Notes: generated by a model from the sequence alone, not told the origin. Positions 39,408 to 50,280 are shown, numbered from the stretch's first letter. The stretch: 58,530 nucleotides of DNA from a candidate division WOR-3 bacterium (GCA_025060715.1 JANXBG010000007.1:1-58530), one strand, 5' to 3'. A program made the numbers and translations.

Positions 39408-41606
39408 ATGATGAAAAAGTATTTTATTATATTTAATTTTTTGCCTTTATTAGTTTTTTCATCTTTAAGAGATTCCTTAAACATTAGATTAATCGGCGCT
39501 TGGCCCTATGATTTTCCTCGGCAAGTATATCCTATTTCTCATAGCATAGTTTATCTTGCTGTTGGCCATGGTATTTGGATTTATAATACTACAAATCCAC
39601 AAAATCCAATAAAGATAGGTGAAATACCTTTTATTGAAGGAAGGCTTATTTCAGAAATAGAAAGAAAAGATAACCTTCTTTATGTAGCCCATTTGGACGA
39701 AGGTTTTTCAATTTTAGATATCACAAATCCTATTCAACCACAAAGAATAGGCTATGTAGAATTATCTAACACGCAAGATATTTATATTCAAGAAAATAAT
39801 GCTTATATTATTGCTACGGATACCTTTTTTATTTATAATGTTTCTAATCCAAGAAATCCTATTAGAATAAGCGCTACTCCTATTTATGGTGGTTATATAT
39901 GGTCTCGTCAACACATTTTTGTTCTTCAAAATTACGCCTATCTTGGAATAACTGGGATTGGTCTTTTAATTTATGATATTTCAAATCCTTCACAACCAAG
40001 AGAAATTGGCAGACGGAGTATGTCTATGGAAGAAATTATTTCAAACATTTGGATAAAAGATACTTTTGCTTATATTAGCATAAAAAAGGGATGGGATTCA
40101 TGTCGATTAAAAATCTTCAGTGTTTCTAATCCGAGAAATATCTATCAAATTGGTGAGTGGCGACGAATTAGTGAGGATGTTGGTGGACTTTATATAAGGG
40201 ATAGTTTTGCCTATTTTGGCTATACGGGAAAGGTTCGCTTTTCTTTTGGTTTAGATATTATTAATATTGCTAACCCACGCTCTCCTTCATTAATAAGTAA
40301 TTGTAGTATTTTTCCTACGGATATAATAATATTAGATAGTTTAATATATGTTTCTTCTTATCCAGGTTTAGGAATAATAAATATAAAAAACCCTCATCAG
40401 CCGGTAATTTTATGCCACTACCTTTATACTCCCGGCTGGATATTAGGAATGGAAACCTTTAATAATTTTGCCTTTCTTTCTTGTTTTAATGGAATTAGTG
40501 TGATTGATTTTTCTAATCTATCTAATCCGCGGGAAACTACTCATTTATGTTGATGGGCAAGTTGGTGCTATGACATTGCTATTAAAGATACCTTTCTTTA
40601 TACTTCTAGTTTGAAGGATAGCTTGTTAATAATTAACATTGCTAACCCTTATTCAATAAGTTTAATTAATTCTATTCACTATTCTTATGCCCGGGCATTA
40701 TTTATAAAAGATACCTTTCTTTATATGGCACATTCTTGTCTAAATGAATGGACAATTGGATTTAGTGTTTGGAAAATAACTAATCCGGCTTCACCAATCT
40801 TATTAGGCTATGTAGAAAATGAAGATGCTGATGCTTATGGAGTATTTGTAAAAGATAGTTTTGCTTATGTTGGCGATGGCCCATGGGATGCGGGTGAAAA
40901 TTATGGTGGTTTTAGAATTTTTAATATTGCTAACCCTTATTCACCGTATCAAGTATATCATTTTGTTCCCAATTTTATTGCTGGGGGCGCAACCAATGAA
41001 ATTTTTATAAAAGATACGATCGCTTTTGTCTGTGATGATGCTGCCTTATTTATCTTTAATGTTTCTAATCCAAATAATCCAAGACTTTTAACTTATTACG
41101 AAGAGTATGGCCCTTCTGATATTTTAGTAATAGGAAATTTAGCATATCTTGCTGATGGTTATTTTGGTATAAGGGTTTTAGATATTTCTGATGTTTATAA
41201 TATCCGACAACTTGGCTATTATAAAATACCAGGATTCGTTCATACCCTAAGAGTAATGGGAAGATATATTCTTGCTTGTTTAGACCATGGAGGATTTTAT
41301 GTATTTGAATATTATGGAATTGATATTGAAGAAAATCAAACAAGTAAAAAGAGATTAAAATTAGAAAATTTTAAAATAGAAAAAAGAAAATTATCTTTAA
41401 ACTTTTCACTTCCCAAAGAGGAAGATATTCAATTAGAGATTATAAATAATTTAGGAAAAATAGAAAGGATAATTAAATTAGGGAAGATGAAAAAGGGTGA
41501 ATATTCGATAAATTTAAATTTATCTGATTTATCAGCAGGAATGTATTTTATTCGTCTTAAAAAAGAAAAAGAAGTAATTTTAAAGAAATTGATACTTTTA
41601 AAATAA
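39408..41606 (+). pseudogene. LVIVD-repeat secreted protein with T9SS-type C-terminal domain, interrupted by one in-frame TGA
   Basis: ORFs 39408-40553 and 40611-41606 share a frame and the gap is open apart from TGA 40551-40553 (HLC*WASWCYDIAIKDTFLY); about 13 (D/N)(I/V)xNPxxP repeats; tail LSAGMYFIRL..KKLILLK. Confidence 0.8.
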
Positions 41607-41619
41607 CTCATTTAACACT

Positions 41620-41784
41620 CTATTCTTTCTTCTCTTTTCCTTTTACTAACCAGAGATAAACAGACCAGAAGATTATTGAGAATAATAGAAAACCTAAAAT
41701 AAGATAAATAAATCCTAAAAAACCAATCCCCAATCTTCTAATAAAAGATTGAAGAAAAATTTGCTGGGAGATTAAAAAAATCAC
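41620..41784 (-). CDS. Unannotated 54-aa membrane microprotein coupled to rpsH
   Basis: GTG overlaps the rpsH TGA; [54 protein letters not shown], one long TM segment and a charged tail. Confidence 0.6.
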   Translation of the reverse strand: MIFLISQQIFLQSFIRRLGIGFLGFIYLILGFLLFSIIFWSVYLWLVKGKEKKE

Positions 41785-42176
41785 CAAACCTCCAAGAGAA
41801 GTTCACCGCCAACATTTTCTTTTCTTGCCTCTCGGTCGGTGAGAATTCCTTTTGGAGTTGAAAGAATAGCAATTCCTAAACCACCTTTTACCTTTGGAAT
41901 CTCTTTTACCCCAACATATACTCTTCTACCGGGTTTGGAAATTCTCTTTAAACCATAAATTACAGGTTTATTGTCTTCAGTATATTTTAAAATAATATTT
42001 ATTTCTTTTTTTACGCCTTCACCAATAATTTGAAAATTGGTAATATATCCTTCTTCTAAAAGAATGCGGGCAATTTCTAATTTCATTTTAGAATAAGGAA
42101 TTTTCACTTCTCTGTGACGCACCATTAAAGCATTTCTTATTCTTGTAAGCATATCACTTATTGGATCAGTAATCAT
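41781..42176 (-). CDS. rpsH: 30S ribosomal protein S8
   Basis: [35 protein letters not shown]. Confidence 0.97.
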   Translation of the reverse strand: MITDPISDMLTRIRNALMVRHREVKIPYSKMKLEIARILLEEGYITNFQIIGEGVKKEINIILKYTEDNKPVIYGLKRISKPGRRVYVGVKEIPKVKGGLGIAILSTPKGILTDREARKENVGGELLLEVW

Positions 42177-42193
42177 CTTTTTCCCTCCTTAAT

Positions 42194-42379
42194 TTACCAA
42201 CTTGCCTTTCTTACTCCTGGAATTTCACCTCTTAAAGCCAGTTCCCGAAAACAGATTCGGCAAAGACCAAATTTTCTTAAATAACCTCTTGAACGAAAAC
42301 ACCTTTGGCAGCGAAATTTTATTCTTGTTTTATATTTTGGCTCTCTTTTACTTTTTTCAATTTGACATTTCCTTGCCAT
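42194..42379 (-). CDS. rpsZ: 30S ribosomal protein S14, zinc-binding 61-aa type Z
   Basis: [37 protein letters not shown]; start at ATG 42379. Confidence 0.95.
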   Translation of the reverse strand: MARKCQIEKSKREPKYKTRIKFRCQRCFRSRGYLRKFGLCRICFRELALRGEIPGVRKASW

Positions 42380-42380
42380 A

Positions 42381-42953
42381 TTACCCCTTTTTAAAAACCA
42401 TTCCAAATTCTTCTAATAATGCCTTTGCCTCATCATCCCTTTTTGCTGTAGTAACAATTGCGATATCCATTCCAAAAATTTTTTTCACTTTACTGGCATC
42501 AATTTCGGGGAAAATAACCTGTTCATCAATTCCTAAATTATAATTTCCTCGGGTATCAAAGGAAGAAGGGTTAAAACCTCGAAAATCTCTTATTCTGGGT
42601 GCGGCAAAGTTAAGAAATCTATCTAAAAACTCATACATCCGATAGCCTCTTAAAGTAACTTTACAAGCGATTGGCATACCTTTTCTCAATTTAAATGCTG
42701 AAACCGATCTTTTTGCCCGCACAATCATCGGTTTTTGACCTGTTATTAAACTTAAATCTTCACTAATAATATCCAAAATCTTTGGGTCAGAAATTGCTTC
42801 TCCCGCAGCCACATTTATTACAATCTTCTCTAATTTTGGAACCTGCATTGGGTTTTTATAACCAAATTTCTTCATTAAAATAGGAATAATCCTTTTTCGG
42901 TATTCTTCTAATAACCTAGGAATATATTTACTTTTTTCAGTCGATGATTTCAT
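42381..42953 (-). CDS. rplE: 50S ribosomal protein L5
   Basis: [38 protein letters not shown]. Confidence 0.97.
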   Translation of the reverse strand: MKSSTEKSKYIPRLLEEYRKRIIPILMKKFGYKNPMQVPKLEKIVINVAAGEAISDPKILDIISEDLSLITGQKPMIVRAKRSVSAFKLRKGMPIACKVTLRGYRMYEFLDRFLNFAAPRIRDFRGFNPSSFDTRGNYNLGIDEQVIFPEIDASKVKKIFGMDIAIVTTAKRDDEAKALLEEFGMVFKKG

Positions 42954-43269
42954 TGCATTTTTTACAAATTCTTACTCTACGGTTTTCTATTTTTTCTCTT
43001 CTTACCTTTGTCTTTTGCCCGCATTTAGGGCATATCAAAGCTAACTTACATACTGGTAATGGTAAAGGAATATCAATAATTCCGCCTGGCTGGTCTACTC
43101 CCCTTGGTCTTTGGTGTTTTTTATGTAAATTCACTCCTTCCACAATTGCTCTTATCCGATTTTTTTCTCTTTCATAAAGCATTTTGATAATTTTCCCTCT
43201 TTTGCCTTTCTCTTCGCCAGAAATTACCTCCACAATATCATTTTTTTTGAGATAGGTTTTGAGTCTCAT
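42937..43269 (-). CDS. rplX: 50S ribosomal protein L24
   Basis: KOW motif [26 protein letters not shown]...CKKC. Confidence 0.95.
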   Translation of the reverse strand: MRLKTYLKKNDIVEVISGEEKGKRGKIIKMLYEREKNRIRAIVEGVNLHKKHQRPRGVDQPGGIIDIPLPLPVCKLALICPKCGQKTKVRREKIENRRVRICKKCNEIID

Positions 43270-43634
43270 ACCACCTCGGCTGCTAAGGAAATTATTTTGG
43301 TAAACATTTTATCTCTCAATTCCCGGGCAACCGGTCCAAATACTCTTGTACCTTTTGGTTCTCCTTTTTCATCAATCAAAACACAAGCATTATCATCAAA
43401 ACGGATATAAGAACCATCAGGCCGACGATATTCTTTCTTTGTTCGCACAATCACTGCTCTTGCCTTATCACCTTTTTTAATAGGCGCTTGAGGTAAAGCA
43501 TCTTTTATAGTAACCACCACGATATCACCAACATATCCGTATCTTCTTCTTGAACCACCTAAAACCTTTATTAACATTGCTTCTTTGGCACCGGTATTAT
43601 CAGCAACAACTAATCTTGTAAAATCTTGAATCAT
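43266..43634 (-). CDS. rplN: 50S ribosomal protein L14
   Basis: [32 protein letters not shown]; start at ATG 43634. Confidence 0.97.
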   Translation of the reverse strand: MIQDFTRLVVADNTGAKEAMLIKVLGGSRRRYGYVGDIVVVTIKDALPQAPIKKGDKARAVIVRTKKEYRRPDGSYIRFDDNACVLIDEKGEPKGTRVFGPVARELRDKMFTKIISLAAEVV

Positions 43635-43870
43635 AATTTTTTCACCACCCGCCAACGTTTTAATTTTGATAAAGGCCTTGTTTCCATTAATAAAACCTTA
43701 TCACCAATTTGGCATTCATTATTAGGATCGTGAGCATATAATTTAGTTTTTTTCCTAATATATTTTTTATATTTTGGATGCATTACTAATCTTTCAACCT
43801 CACAGACTACTGTTTTGTCCATTTTATTACTTTTAACTACTGCAATTACTGTTTTTCTACGTCCGCGCAT
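43631..43870 (-). CDS. rpsQ: 30S ribosomal protein S17
   Basis: [32 protein letters not shown]. Confidence 0.96.
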   Translation of the reverse strand: MRGRRKTVIAVVKSNKMDKTVVCEVERLVMHPKYKKYIRKKTKLYAHDPNNECQIGDKVLLMETRPLSKLKRWRVVKKL

Positions 43871-44090
43871 TTTTTCTACCCCATAATAAAACTTTCTCTT
43901 TTGTATACCCTCTCTCTCTTAAAATTGTTAAAACTCGTGCAATTTCCCTTCTTATAGTTCTCAATCGTAAAGGATTAGGAAGAGTTTCTGTTACCTTTCT
44001 TATTCTCAATTTAAAATACTCATCACTCAATTCAAAATATTTTCTTAAAAGCTCTTCGTCAGAAAGCTCACGCAGTTCAAATGGTTTCAT
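43857..44090 (-). CDS. rpmC: 50S ribosomal protein L29
   Basis: [24 protein letters not shown]; lies between rplP and rpsQ. Confidence 0.92.
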   Translation of the reverse strand: MKPFELRELSDEELLRKYFELSDEYFKLRIRKVTETLPNPLRLRTIRREIARVLTILRERGYTKEKVLLWGRKNART

Positions 44091-44505
44091 ATACAATCTC
44101 CTCTCTTTTTAATACTCTTGTCTTGCAAGGCAATTTTGCACTCGCCAAACTGAAAGCCCTTTTTGCCTCTTCCTCACTTACTCCCTCTATTTCAAAAATT
44201 ACCCTACCCGGTTTTACCACTGCTACCCAAAAGGCCACATCACCTTTTCCTTTTCCCATTCTTGTTTCTGCTGGTTTTTTTGTCACCGGTTTGTCAGGAA
44301 ATATCCTTACCCATAATTTTCCGCTCTTTTTAAGAGATTTACTAATTGCCACTCGGGCTGCTTCCAATTGAGCTGCAGTAATCCAAGCCGGTTCTAATAC
44401 TTGTAGGCCATATTCACCAAAATCTAATTTATTACCACTTGTAGCCTTTCCTTTTCTTCTTCCTCGGTGATGTTTCCGATATTTTACTCTTTTAGGCATT
44501 AACAT
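44077..44505 (-). CDS. rplP: 50S ribosomal protein L16
   Basis: [33 protein letters not shown]. Confidence 0.97.
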   Translation of the reverse strand: MLMPKRVKYRKHHRGRRKGKATSGNKLDFGEYGLQVLEPAWITAAQLEAARVAISKSLKKSGKLWVRIFPDKPVTKKPAETRMGKGKGDVAFWVAVVKPGRVIFEIEGVSEEEAKRAFSLASAKLPCKTRVLKREEIVYETI

Positions 44506-44507
44506 AT

Positions 44508-45152
44508 TTAACCTCCTTGTGGCATTTCAATATCTCCTTTATAAATCCAAACTTTTACTCCAATAGTTCCGTATACGGTAAAAGCAGTATCGGTTCCATA
44601 ATCAATATCTGCTTTTATTGTCTGTAAAGGAACTCTACCTTCTTGAAGCCATTCTGAACGGGCGATCTCAGCACCACCAATTCTTCCTGAAATCCTTATT
44701 TTTATCCCTTTGGCGCCAAATCTCATTGCCTGACTGATATGTCTTTTCATTGCCCTTCTGTGAGCCACTCTTTTTTCTAATTCTCGTGCCAATTGAAAAG
44801 CAACGATTTTAGCATCCAACTCCGGAACCCTTATCGCTTCACAATCAATGTCTACATCCACTTTCCGATTAATTAATTTTAAAATCTCATTAATCAACTT
44901 ATCTTTACCTCTTCCACCTCGGCCGATAATAAAAGGTGGTCGGGCAGTGTAGATAAAAATATTAATCCTTTCAGGAAATCTTAAAATTTCAATATCAGAA
45001 ATTAAAGCATCTTCATAATTTTTTCTAATAAAATCTTTTATCTTTAAATCCTCTAAAAGATATTGTCGATAATTTCTTTCATCAAACCAATGGGACTTCC
45101 AAGTTTTGGTAATTCCTAAACGAAAACCGTAAGGATGGGTCTTTTGTCCCAT
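44508..45152 (-). CDS. rpsC: 30S ribosomal protein S3
   Basis: [41 protein letters not shown]. Confidence 0.97.
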   Translation of the reverse strand: MGQKTHPYGFRLGITKTWKSHWFDERNYRQYLLEDLKIKDFIRKNYEDALISDIEILRFPERINIFIYTARPPFIIGRGGRGKDKLINEILKLINRKVDVDIDCEAIRVPELDAKIVAFQLARELEKRVAHRRAMKRHISQAMRFGAKGIKIRISGRIGGAEIARSEWLQEGRVPLQTIKADIDYGTDTAFTVYGTIGVKVWIYKGDIEMPQGG

Positions 45153-45511
45153 TATTCCTCCTTTTCCTCTTTTGTTGCTACAGTAATATAGATATGAGAT
45201 GTTCTTCTTCTAATCATCATCGCCCTTCCCATAGGTCCAGCTTGCCATCTTTTTAACATTGGACCGGGAGTAACCCGGGCTTCTTTTACATACAAATCTT
45301 CTTCTTTCAATCTTGCTTTTCCTGATTTATATATAGCATTGGCAATTGCTGATTTTAAAGCCTTTAATATTGGCACTTTATGTCGGGGTTTTGGTAAAAA
45401 ATATAAAATATTTAATGCTTCTTTAGCATTTCTGCCACGAATTAACTCCAATATCCGATTTGCTTTTTTAACCGAAATCCTTTGATACTTACTAATCGCT
45501 CTAGCTTCCAT
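45152..45511 (-). CDS. rplV: 50S ribosomal protein L22
   Basis: LKSAIANA, GPMLKR, RTSHI; operon position. Confidence 0.95.
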   Translation of the reverse strand: MEARAISKYQRISVKKANRILELIRGRNAKEALNILYFLPKPRHKVPILKALKSAIANAIYKSGKARLKEEDLYVKEARVTPGPMLKRWQAGPMGRAMMIRRRTSHIYITVATKEEKEE

Positions 45512-45519
45512 AATTATTT

Positions 45520-45810
45520 CTATTTTTCTTTTTCTTTACCTTTTTCTTTTCTCTGTCCTGCATGGGCTCTAAATGTCCGGGTCGGAGCAAATTCACCTAA
45601 ACGATGTCCTACCATTCTTTCCGTAATATAGACCGGAATAAATTTTATCCCATTATGAACAGCAATAGTATGACCAACAAATTCTGGTGGAATCACTGAT
45701 GCCCGAGCATAAGTTTTTATTACCTTTTTTATTCCTTTTTCATTCATTTCCATTATTCTTTTATATAATTTTTGGTCAATATAAGGTCCTTTTTTAGAAC
45801 TCCTTCCCAT
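45520..45810 (-). CDS. rpsS: 30S ribosomal protein S19
   Basis: [35 protein letters not shown]. Confidence 0.97.
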   Translation of the reverse strand: MGRSSKKGPYIDQKLYKRIMEMNEKGIKKVIKTYARASVIPPEFVGHTIAVHNGIKFIPVYITERMVGHRLGEFAPTRTFRAHAGQRKEKGKEKEK

Positions 45811-45812
45811 AA

Positions 45813-46655
45813 TTACTTTCTTCTTTGGACGATAAACTTATCAGATACTTTTCTTTTCTTTCGGGTCTTTTTACCTTTTGCTAATAAACCGGTTTCTGAA
45901 CAAGGATGTCTTCCACCGTGAGAACGTCCTTCGCCACCTCCCAATGGATGGTCAATTGGATTCATTGCTACTGCTCTTGTTCTTGGTCTTCTTCCCATAT
46001 GTCTCTTTCTACCGGCCTTACCAATAGTCACATCTTTATGTTCAGGTTTAGAAACTTTACCAATTGTTGCCATACAGTCTAAATGGAATTTTCTTATCTC
46101 TCCGGAAGGTAATTTAACAATTGCATATTTCTCTTCTTTTGCCAAAATTTGACAATAAGTCCCGGCTGCTCGGGCGATATAAGATGGATAATTAGGATAG
46201 AGTTGTAAATTATGAATCTCAATACCAACTGGAATAAGTCTTAAAGGCATTGCATTTCCAATCTTTATAGGAATTTCTTTATCTTTTGTAGAAATAATAA
46301 CGTCACCAATTTGTAAACCATCCGGCGCGATAATATATCGATATTCGCCATCTTGATAGCAAACCAAAGCGATCCAAGCTGTTCTATTAGGATCATATTC
46401 AATAGAGACGACCTTTGCTGGTATGTCATATTTATCTCTTTTAAAATCAATAATTCGATAATATCTTTTCTCTCCCCCGCCTCGATATTTTGCCGTAATC
46501 CTACCTAAATTATTCCTTCCAGCTTTACTCTTTTTAATTACCAATAATGGCTTATAAGGTTCCCTTTTTGGAACACCTTCTAATTTAATAACACTATAAA
46601 ATCTCCTTGCTGGTGTAATGGGAGGATATTTTTTAATATAAGTTCTAATTCCCAT
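45813..46655 (-). CDS. rplB: 50S ribosomal protein L2
   Basis: [40 protein letters not shown]. Confidence 0.97.
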   Translation of the reverse strand: MGIRTYIKKYPPITPARRFYSVIKLEGVPKREPYKPLLVIKKSKAGRNNLGRITAKYRGGGEKRYYRIIDFKRDKYDIPAKVVSIEYDPNRTAWIALVCYQDGEYRYIIAPDGLQIGDVIISTKDKEIPIKIGNAMPLRLIPVGIEIHNLQLYPNYPSYIARAAGTYCQILAKEEKYAIVKLPSGEIRKFHLDCMATIGKVSKPEHKDVTIGKAGRKRHMGRRPRTRAVAMNPIDHPLGGGEGRSHGGRHPCSETGLLAKGKKTRKKRKVSDKFIVQRRK

Positions 46656-46657
46656 AA

Positions 46658-46942
46658 TTACCTCTCTAAACCTTCTATTTTTTCACCTTCTTTTAAGGTA
46701 ACAATTGCTTTTTTCCAAGAAGATGTTCTTCCGGAAAATATTCCTAACCTTCTTGGTTTTCCTCGCATATTTATTGTTCTTACCTTTTCTACTTTTACTT
46801 TAAACAATTCTTCTACTGCTCTTTTAATATCAATTTTATTAGCTTCTTTCGCTACCTTGAAAACATATTGATTATACTCTCTCAATCTCAAAGCCTTTTC
46901 ACTTAGGACCGGTTCAATTATTATTTTTCTTGGGTCAAACAT
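46658..46942 (-). CDS. rplW: 50S ribosomal protein L23
   Basis: PVLSEKA, ANKIDIKRAVE, WKKAIVTL. Confidence 0.96.
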   Translation of the reverse strand: MFDPRKIIIEPVLSEKALRLREYNQYVFKVAKEANKIDIKRAVEELFKVKVEKVRTINMRGKPRRLGIFSGRTSSWKKAIVTLKEGEKIEGLER

Positions 46943-47556
46943 AATTCTTTTAAACTTTCTAATCCACTTTCTGTAAAAATAATTTTATCATTTACTAAAA
47001 CCTCATAGGCATTTAAACTATTTGCTGGCATTAATGTTAAATTAGGAATATTTCTGGAAGCCAATTTAATATTCCTCTCCATTTCTTTTATTACTAACAG
47101 AACCTTTTCACTATCCATTTTTAAATTCTTTAAAATATTATACATTAACTTTGTTTTTGGCTGTTCTAAATTAAAGTTTTCTAAGAAAAGTATTGCTTTA
47201 TCTTGATAGCGGGCAGAAAGAGCAGAAAGTAAAGCAAGTCTTTTCTTTTTTCTTGGTAAAGAGTAATAATAATCTCTTGGCTTCGGACCAAATACCACTC
47301 CTCCTTTTCGCCAGATGGGTGAACGAATAGAACCGTGTCTTGCCCTTCCGGTATGCTTCTGAGGCCAAGGTTTTCTTCCACCACCTCTTACTTCACCACG
47401 AGTTTTAGTAGAAGCAGTTCCCTGTCTTTGATTATTCAAATAATTGGTAACTACTTCCCAAATTAGTCCCTCATTTATTTCACAGGCAAAAATCTCTTCG
47501 GGTATCTCAATTTCACCTTTTAATTCGCCATTAATTGATAAAAGCTGTGCTTTCAT
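46921..47556 (-). CDS. rplD: 50S ribosomal protein L4
   Basis: RQGTASTKTRGEVRGGGRKPWPQKHTGRARHGSIRSP, GPKPRDY. Confidence 0.97.
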   Translation of the reverse strand: MKAQLLSINGELKGEIEIPEEIFACEINEGLIWEVVTNYLNNQRQGTASTKTRGEVRGGGRKPWPQKHTGRARHGSIRSPIWRKGGVVFGPKPRDYYYSLPRKKKRLALLSALSARYQDKAILFLENFNLEQPKTKLMYNILKNLKMDSEKVLLVIKEMERNIKLASRNIPNLTLMPANSLNAYEVLVNDKIIFTESGLESLKELCLTQEK

Positions 47557-47558
47557 AA

Positions 47559-48188
47559 TTATTTAACAGCACTTTTTGCTTTTTTCACAATTACTAAACT
47601 ATTAGAATAACCAGGAATAGCACCAGAGATATAAGCCAAATGATTTTCATCATCAATTTTTACAATACGTAAATTTTTGATAGTTACCCTTTCGCCACCA
47701 TAACGACCTGGCAAAGTTCTTCCTTTCCAAGGTCTTCCTGGATCCGTTCCACTTCCTAAAGAACCTATGCGACGATGGGATTGAGAACCATGAGAAGCAG
47801 GACCACCCTTCCATCCCCATCTTTTCATACCTCCAGCAAAACCTCTTCCTTTTGTCCAACCTGTGACATCTACCAAATCACCCTCTTTGAAAACATCCCG
47901 AATTTTCAACTCCATCCCTAATTCAAATTCATCAATATTATCTACTTTAAACTCTTTTAAATACCTCAAAACTGGTAAATTTGCCTTCTTAAAATGCCCT
48001 GTCATCGGTTTATTACCTTTTTTTGCTTTTTCAAATCCCAATTGAATAGCACAGTATTTATCTTTTTCTTTTGTCTTTTTTTGCACAACATAACAAGGGC
48101 CCAGTTTTACAATTGTACAAGGAATAACCCTACCTTTCTCATCAAATAACTGCGTCATCCTTAATTTTTTACCCAATAGTCCCATCAT
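47559..48188 (-). CDS. rplC: 50S ribosomal protein L3
   Basis: GLLGKKLRMTQ, KGRGFAG.MKRWG, GPASHGS, GAIPG. Confidence 0.97.
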   Translation of the reverse strand: MMGLLGKKLRMTQLFDEKGRVIPCTIVKLGPCYVVQKKTKEKDKYCAIQLGFEKAKKGNKPMTGHFKKANLPVLRYLKEFKVDNIDEFELGMELKIRDVFKEGDLVDVTGWTKGRGFAGGMKRWGWKGGPASHGSQSHRRIGSLGSGTDPGRPWKGRTLPGRYGGERVTIKNLRIVKIDDENHLAYISGAIPGYSNSLVIVKKAKSAVK

Positions 48189-48190
48189 AA

Positions 48191-48520
48191 TTAAGTTATT
48201 TTAATTTCCACATCAACCCCTGCCGGCACTTCTAAACGAATTAAGGCATTAATCATATCTGGTGTTGCATTATCAATTTCAATTAACCTTTTATGAATTC
48301 GTAATTCAAATTGCTCCCTTGATTTCTTATCAATAAAAGTAGAGCGTAAAACAGTAAAAAGTGAACGTTTTGTTGGCAAAGGAATAGGTCCAGCCACCTT
48401 ACCACCCAATTGTTTAATAACCTCCACAATCTGCTTTGCCGATTGGTCCAATATCCGATGGTCATAACTTTTTAACTTAATTCTTACTTTTTCTCCTTTA
48501 AGTTCTTCAAAATCTTTCAT
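48191..48520 (-). CDS. rpsJ: 30S ribosomal protein S10
   Basis: [41 protein letters not shown]. Confidence 0.97.
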   Translation of the reverse strand: MKDFEELKGEKVRIKLKSYDHRILDQSAKQIVEVIKQLGGKVAGPIPLPTKRSLFTVLRSTFIDKKSREQFELRIHKRLIEIDNATPDMINALIRLEVPAGVDVEIKIT

Positions 48521-48563
48521 AATAAAAAATTAGTTAATAATTTTAATAAAAATTTTTGAAAAG

Positions 48564-48911
48564 TCAAGAATTTTTTTCTTCATACTCACAGGCGTATTTT
48601 TCATTTTCCCACAATCTAATTTTTACAATTGGATACTTCTCTTTGATCTTATAAAAAAGATATTTAGCAATATTCTCACAAGTTGGCGCAAAATCAAAAA
48701 ACTCATTTAAAAATTTGTGTTCAGGCAAAATGCTTTTTAAAAATTTTTCAACTTCTCGAAAATCAAATTGATAACCCTTCTTATCAACTTTCTCTTCTTT
48801 AATAAAGACTTCTACTAAATAATTATGACCATGAATTTCCTCATCATTCATTAACTCTTTAAGTCTGTGAGCAGCACTAAAATTAGAACGAATAATAATA
48901 TAAAAACTCAT
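48564..48911 (-). CDS. 6-pyruvoyl-tetrahydropterin synthase (COG0720) family protein with PTPS-III-type active site
   Basis: FSAAHRL, DEEIHGHNY (E-X2-HGH, no Cys), PTCENIA, LWE. Confidence 0.85.
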   Translation of the reverse strand: MSFYIIIRSNFSAAHRLKELMNDEEIHGHNYLVEVFIKEEKVDKKGYQFDFREVEKFLKSILPEHKFLNEFFDFAPTCENIAKYLFYKIKEKYPIVKIRLWENEKYACEYEEKNS

Positions 48912-48929
48912 AATATAAAATTTATTAAA

Positions 48930-49619
48930 TTAAAAACCAGATTGAAAAGTTATATAAGCAATTCGATTTAAATGGCAATTATTATAATTATGGTTTTTAA
49001 TAATTTCTCTCAATGCAAAAAGGAACCGAACCTGTTCAGTAAAATTCCAAGCAATGCCAGCGTTTAAAAAACCATAATTTTTAATATCTCTTTCCTTTTC
49101 GTAAAAGGACGATGAATATTCAAATATCACATTAAAATCATTTGGTAATAATTGGGTTATTGATATAAAGAAATTAACCTTATCCTGATAATATACCCCA
49201 CCCGAAAAATTAGTATTGGTAATGTCAATTGTTTTACCTAATAATAAATAAAACATTTTTTCTGGAACTGAATAGCCTTTTTTATTAGTATCATAACTGC
49301 CAAATCCTTGGGAATCAAAACCCAAAATTATATCAGGAAAAACAAAAGTTTCTTCACCAACCAATTTTAAACGAAATTGAAATTCGGGACCTCTTTTTTC
49401 GGGAAAAGTTGGTTTACCACTTCCTAAAATACTCTCACCAGAATAAGAGATACCCATATTTAACCTGTCAAATAATCCAATTCCAAAATTTGCCATTATT
49501 CCATTATTTCCTTGAAGCCGAAACCCAATCAAATACTCACCATGCCCTAAAAAAATTGGCGATGGGTTATCAATAAGATAAGTTTGGTTAAAAATTATTA
49601 AAGATAAAATAAAAATCAT
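48930..49619 (-). CDS. Hypothetical protein, probable outer-membrane beta-barrel
   Basis: Short signal peptide, alternating hydrophobic strands, C-terminal Phe; promoter TTGACA-N16-TAATAT-N6-ATG. Confidence 0.75.
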   Translation of the reverse strand: MIFILSLIIFNQTYLIDNPSPIFLGHGEYLIGFRLQGNNGIMANFGIGLFDRLNMGISYSGESILGSGKPTFPEKRGPEFQFRLKLVGEETFVFPDIILGFDSQGFGSYDTNKKGYSVPEKMFYLLLGKTIDITNTNFSGGVYYQDKVNFFISITQLLPNDFNVIFEYSSSFYEKERDIKNYGFLNAGIAWNFTEQVRFLFALREIIKNHNYNNCHLNRIAYITFQSGF

Positions 49620-49929
49620 AAATAAATATTAACAAAAAAATAAATAATGTCAACAAATTTCTAAATGATTTCTAAATGCCGGCCATTGATAAAAATCGTA
49701 TAAAAAGCTAAGAAAACAGCAAGAATAAGACAATATTCATTTCCATTACTTATTATCAATGAGGATGATAAAAGAATAGGAAAAATTGTATTCGAGTATT
49801 ATTGTGTAATATTTATTTTAATTTAAAGAAATTAAATTTTGAAATTTATTAGAAAGTTGGACAGCCTATTATTCTATTATTCTATCTTTTTAAAAATTGG
49901 AAAAAGAAAGAATAACTAACGCTAAAAAA

Positions 49930-50231
49930 ATCTTTATTTATTTTTTTCCTCATTTTCTTTTTTAAATCTTCTTTTATTGTCTTCTTGTCTATCTTTTGTA
50001 TCATATAAATATTTTCTTACCAGTCCCTCAATTTTACTTCATTCCCTACAATACTTTCCCAAAAGAACTTTATTTAATTCCCTTTCTTCACCCCTTCTTT
50101 TTCATCTATATTTTTTCTCTAATTTTGCTAAATAACTTTCACTTTTCTTACAATATTGGGCAATCTCTTAAACTATATCCCTTTTCTATCCGCCATCTCC
50201 TCAACAAGTTCCCCATAAACTTTCTTAACAT
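49930..50231 (-). pseudogene. Frameshifted XRE-family helix-turn-helix protein
   Basis: MLRKFMGNLLRRWRIEKGYSLR, frameshift near 50165, IAQYCKKSESYLAKLEKKYR*; further coding-like fragments with stops to about 49930 (3' end approximate). Confidence 0.7.
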
Positions 50232-50265
50232 CGCCTAATTATAAAGATAAAAAACTTATTTTAAG

Positions 50266-50280
50266 TGTCCTCTAAGGACA
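50266..50280. promoter_or_regulatory. Palindromic operator-like site upstream of the XRE-HTH pseudogene
   Basis: TGTCCT-CTA-AGGACA perfect inverted repeat next to the -35 region; TATAAT at 50243-50238, 6 nt before the ATG. Confidence 0.6.

Noticed and set aside
40551-40553. Genome-wide TGA reassignment (genetic code 4 or 25)
   Set aside because: TGA ends many conserved genes at the expected positions (tadA, rpsH, rplN, pyrK, rpmF) and Trp is encoded by TGG.
39408-41606. Diversity-generating retroelement acting on the LVIVD gene
   Set aside because: No reverse transcriptase and no template/variable repeat pair differing at adenines; only short intragenic repeat identities.
49657-49886. Short tandem duplications (ATTTCTAAATG x2, CTATTATT x2) and an apparent 10-bp A/AT phasing at 49685-49800
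   Set aside because: Expected from slippage and chance in highly AT-rich DNA; far weaker than the 12-bp array.
49996-50238. 80-aa ORF on the plus strand
   Set aside because: Antisense shadow of the purine-rich HTH pseudogene.
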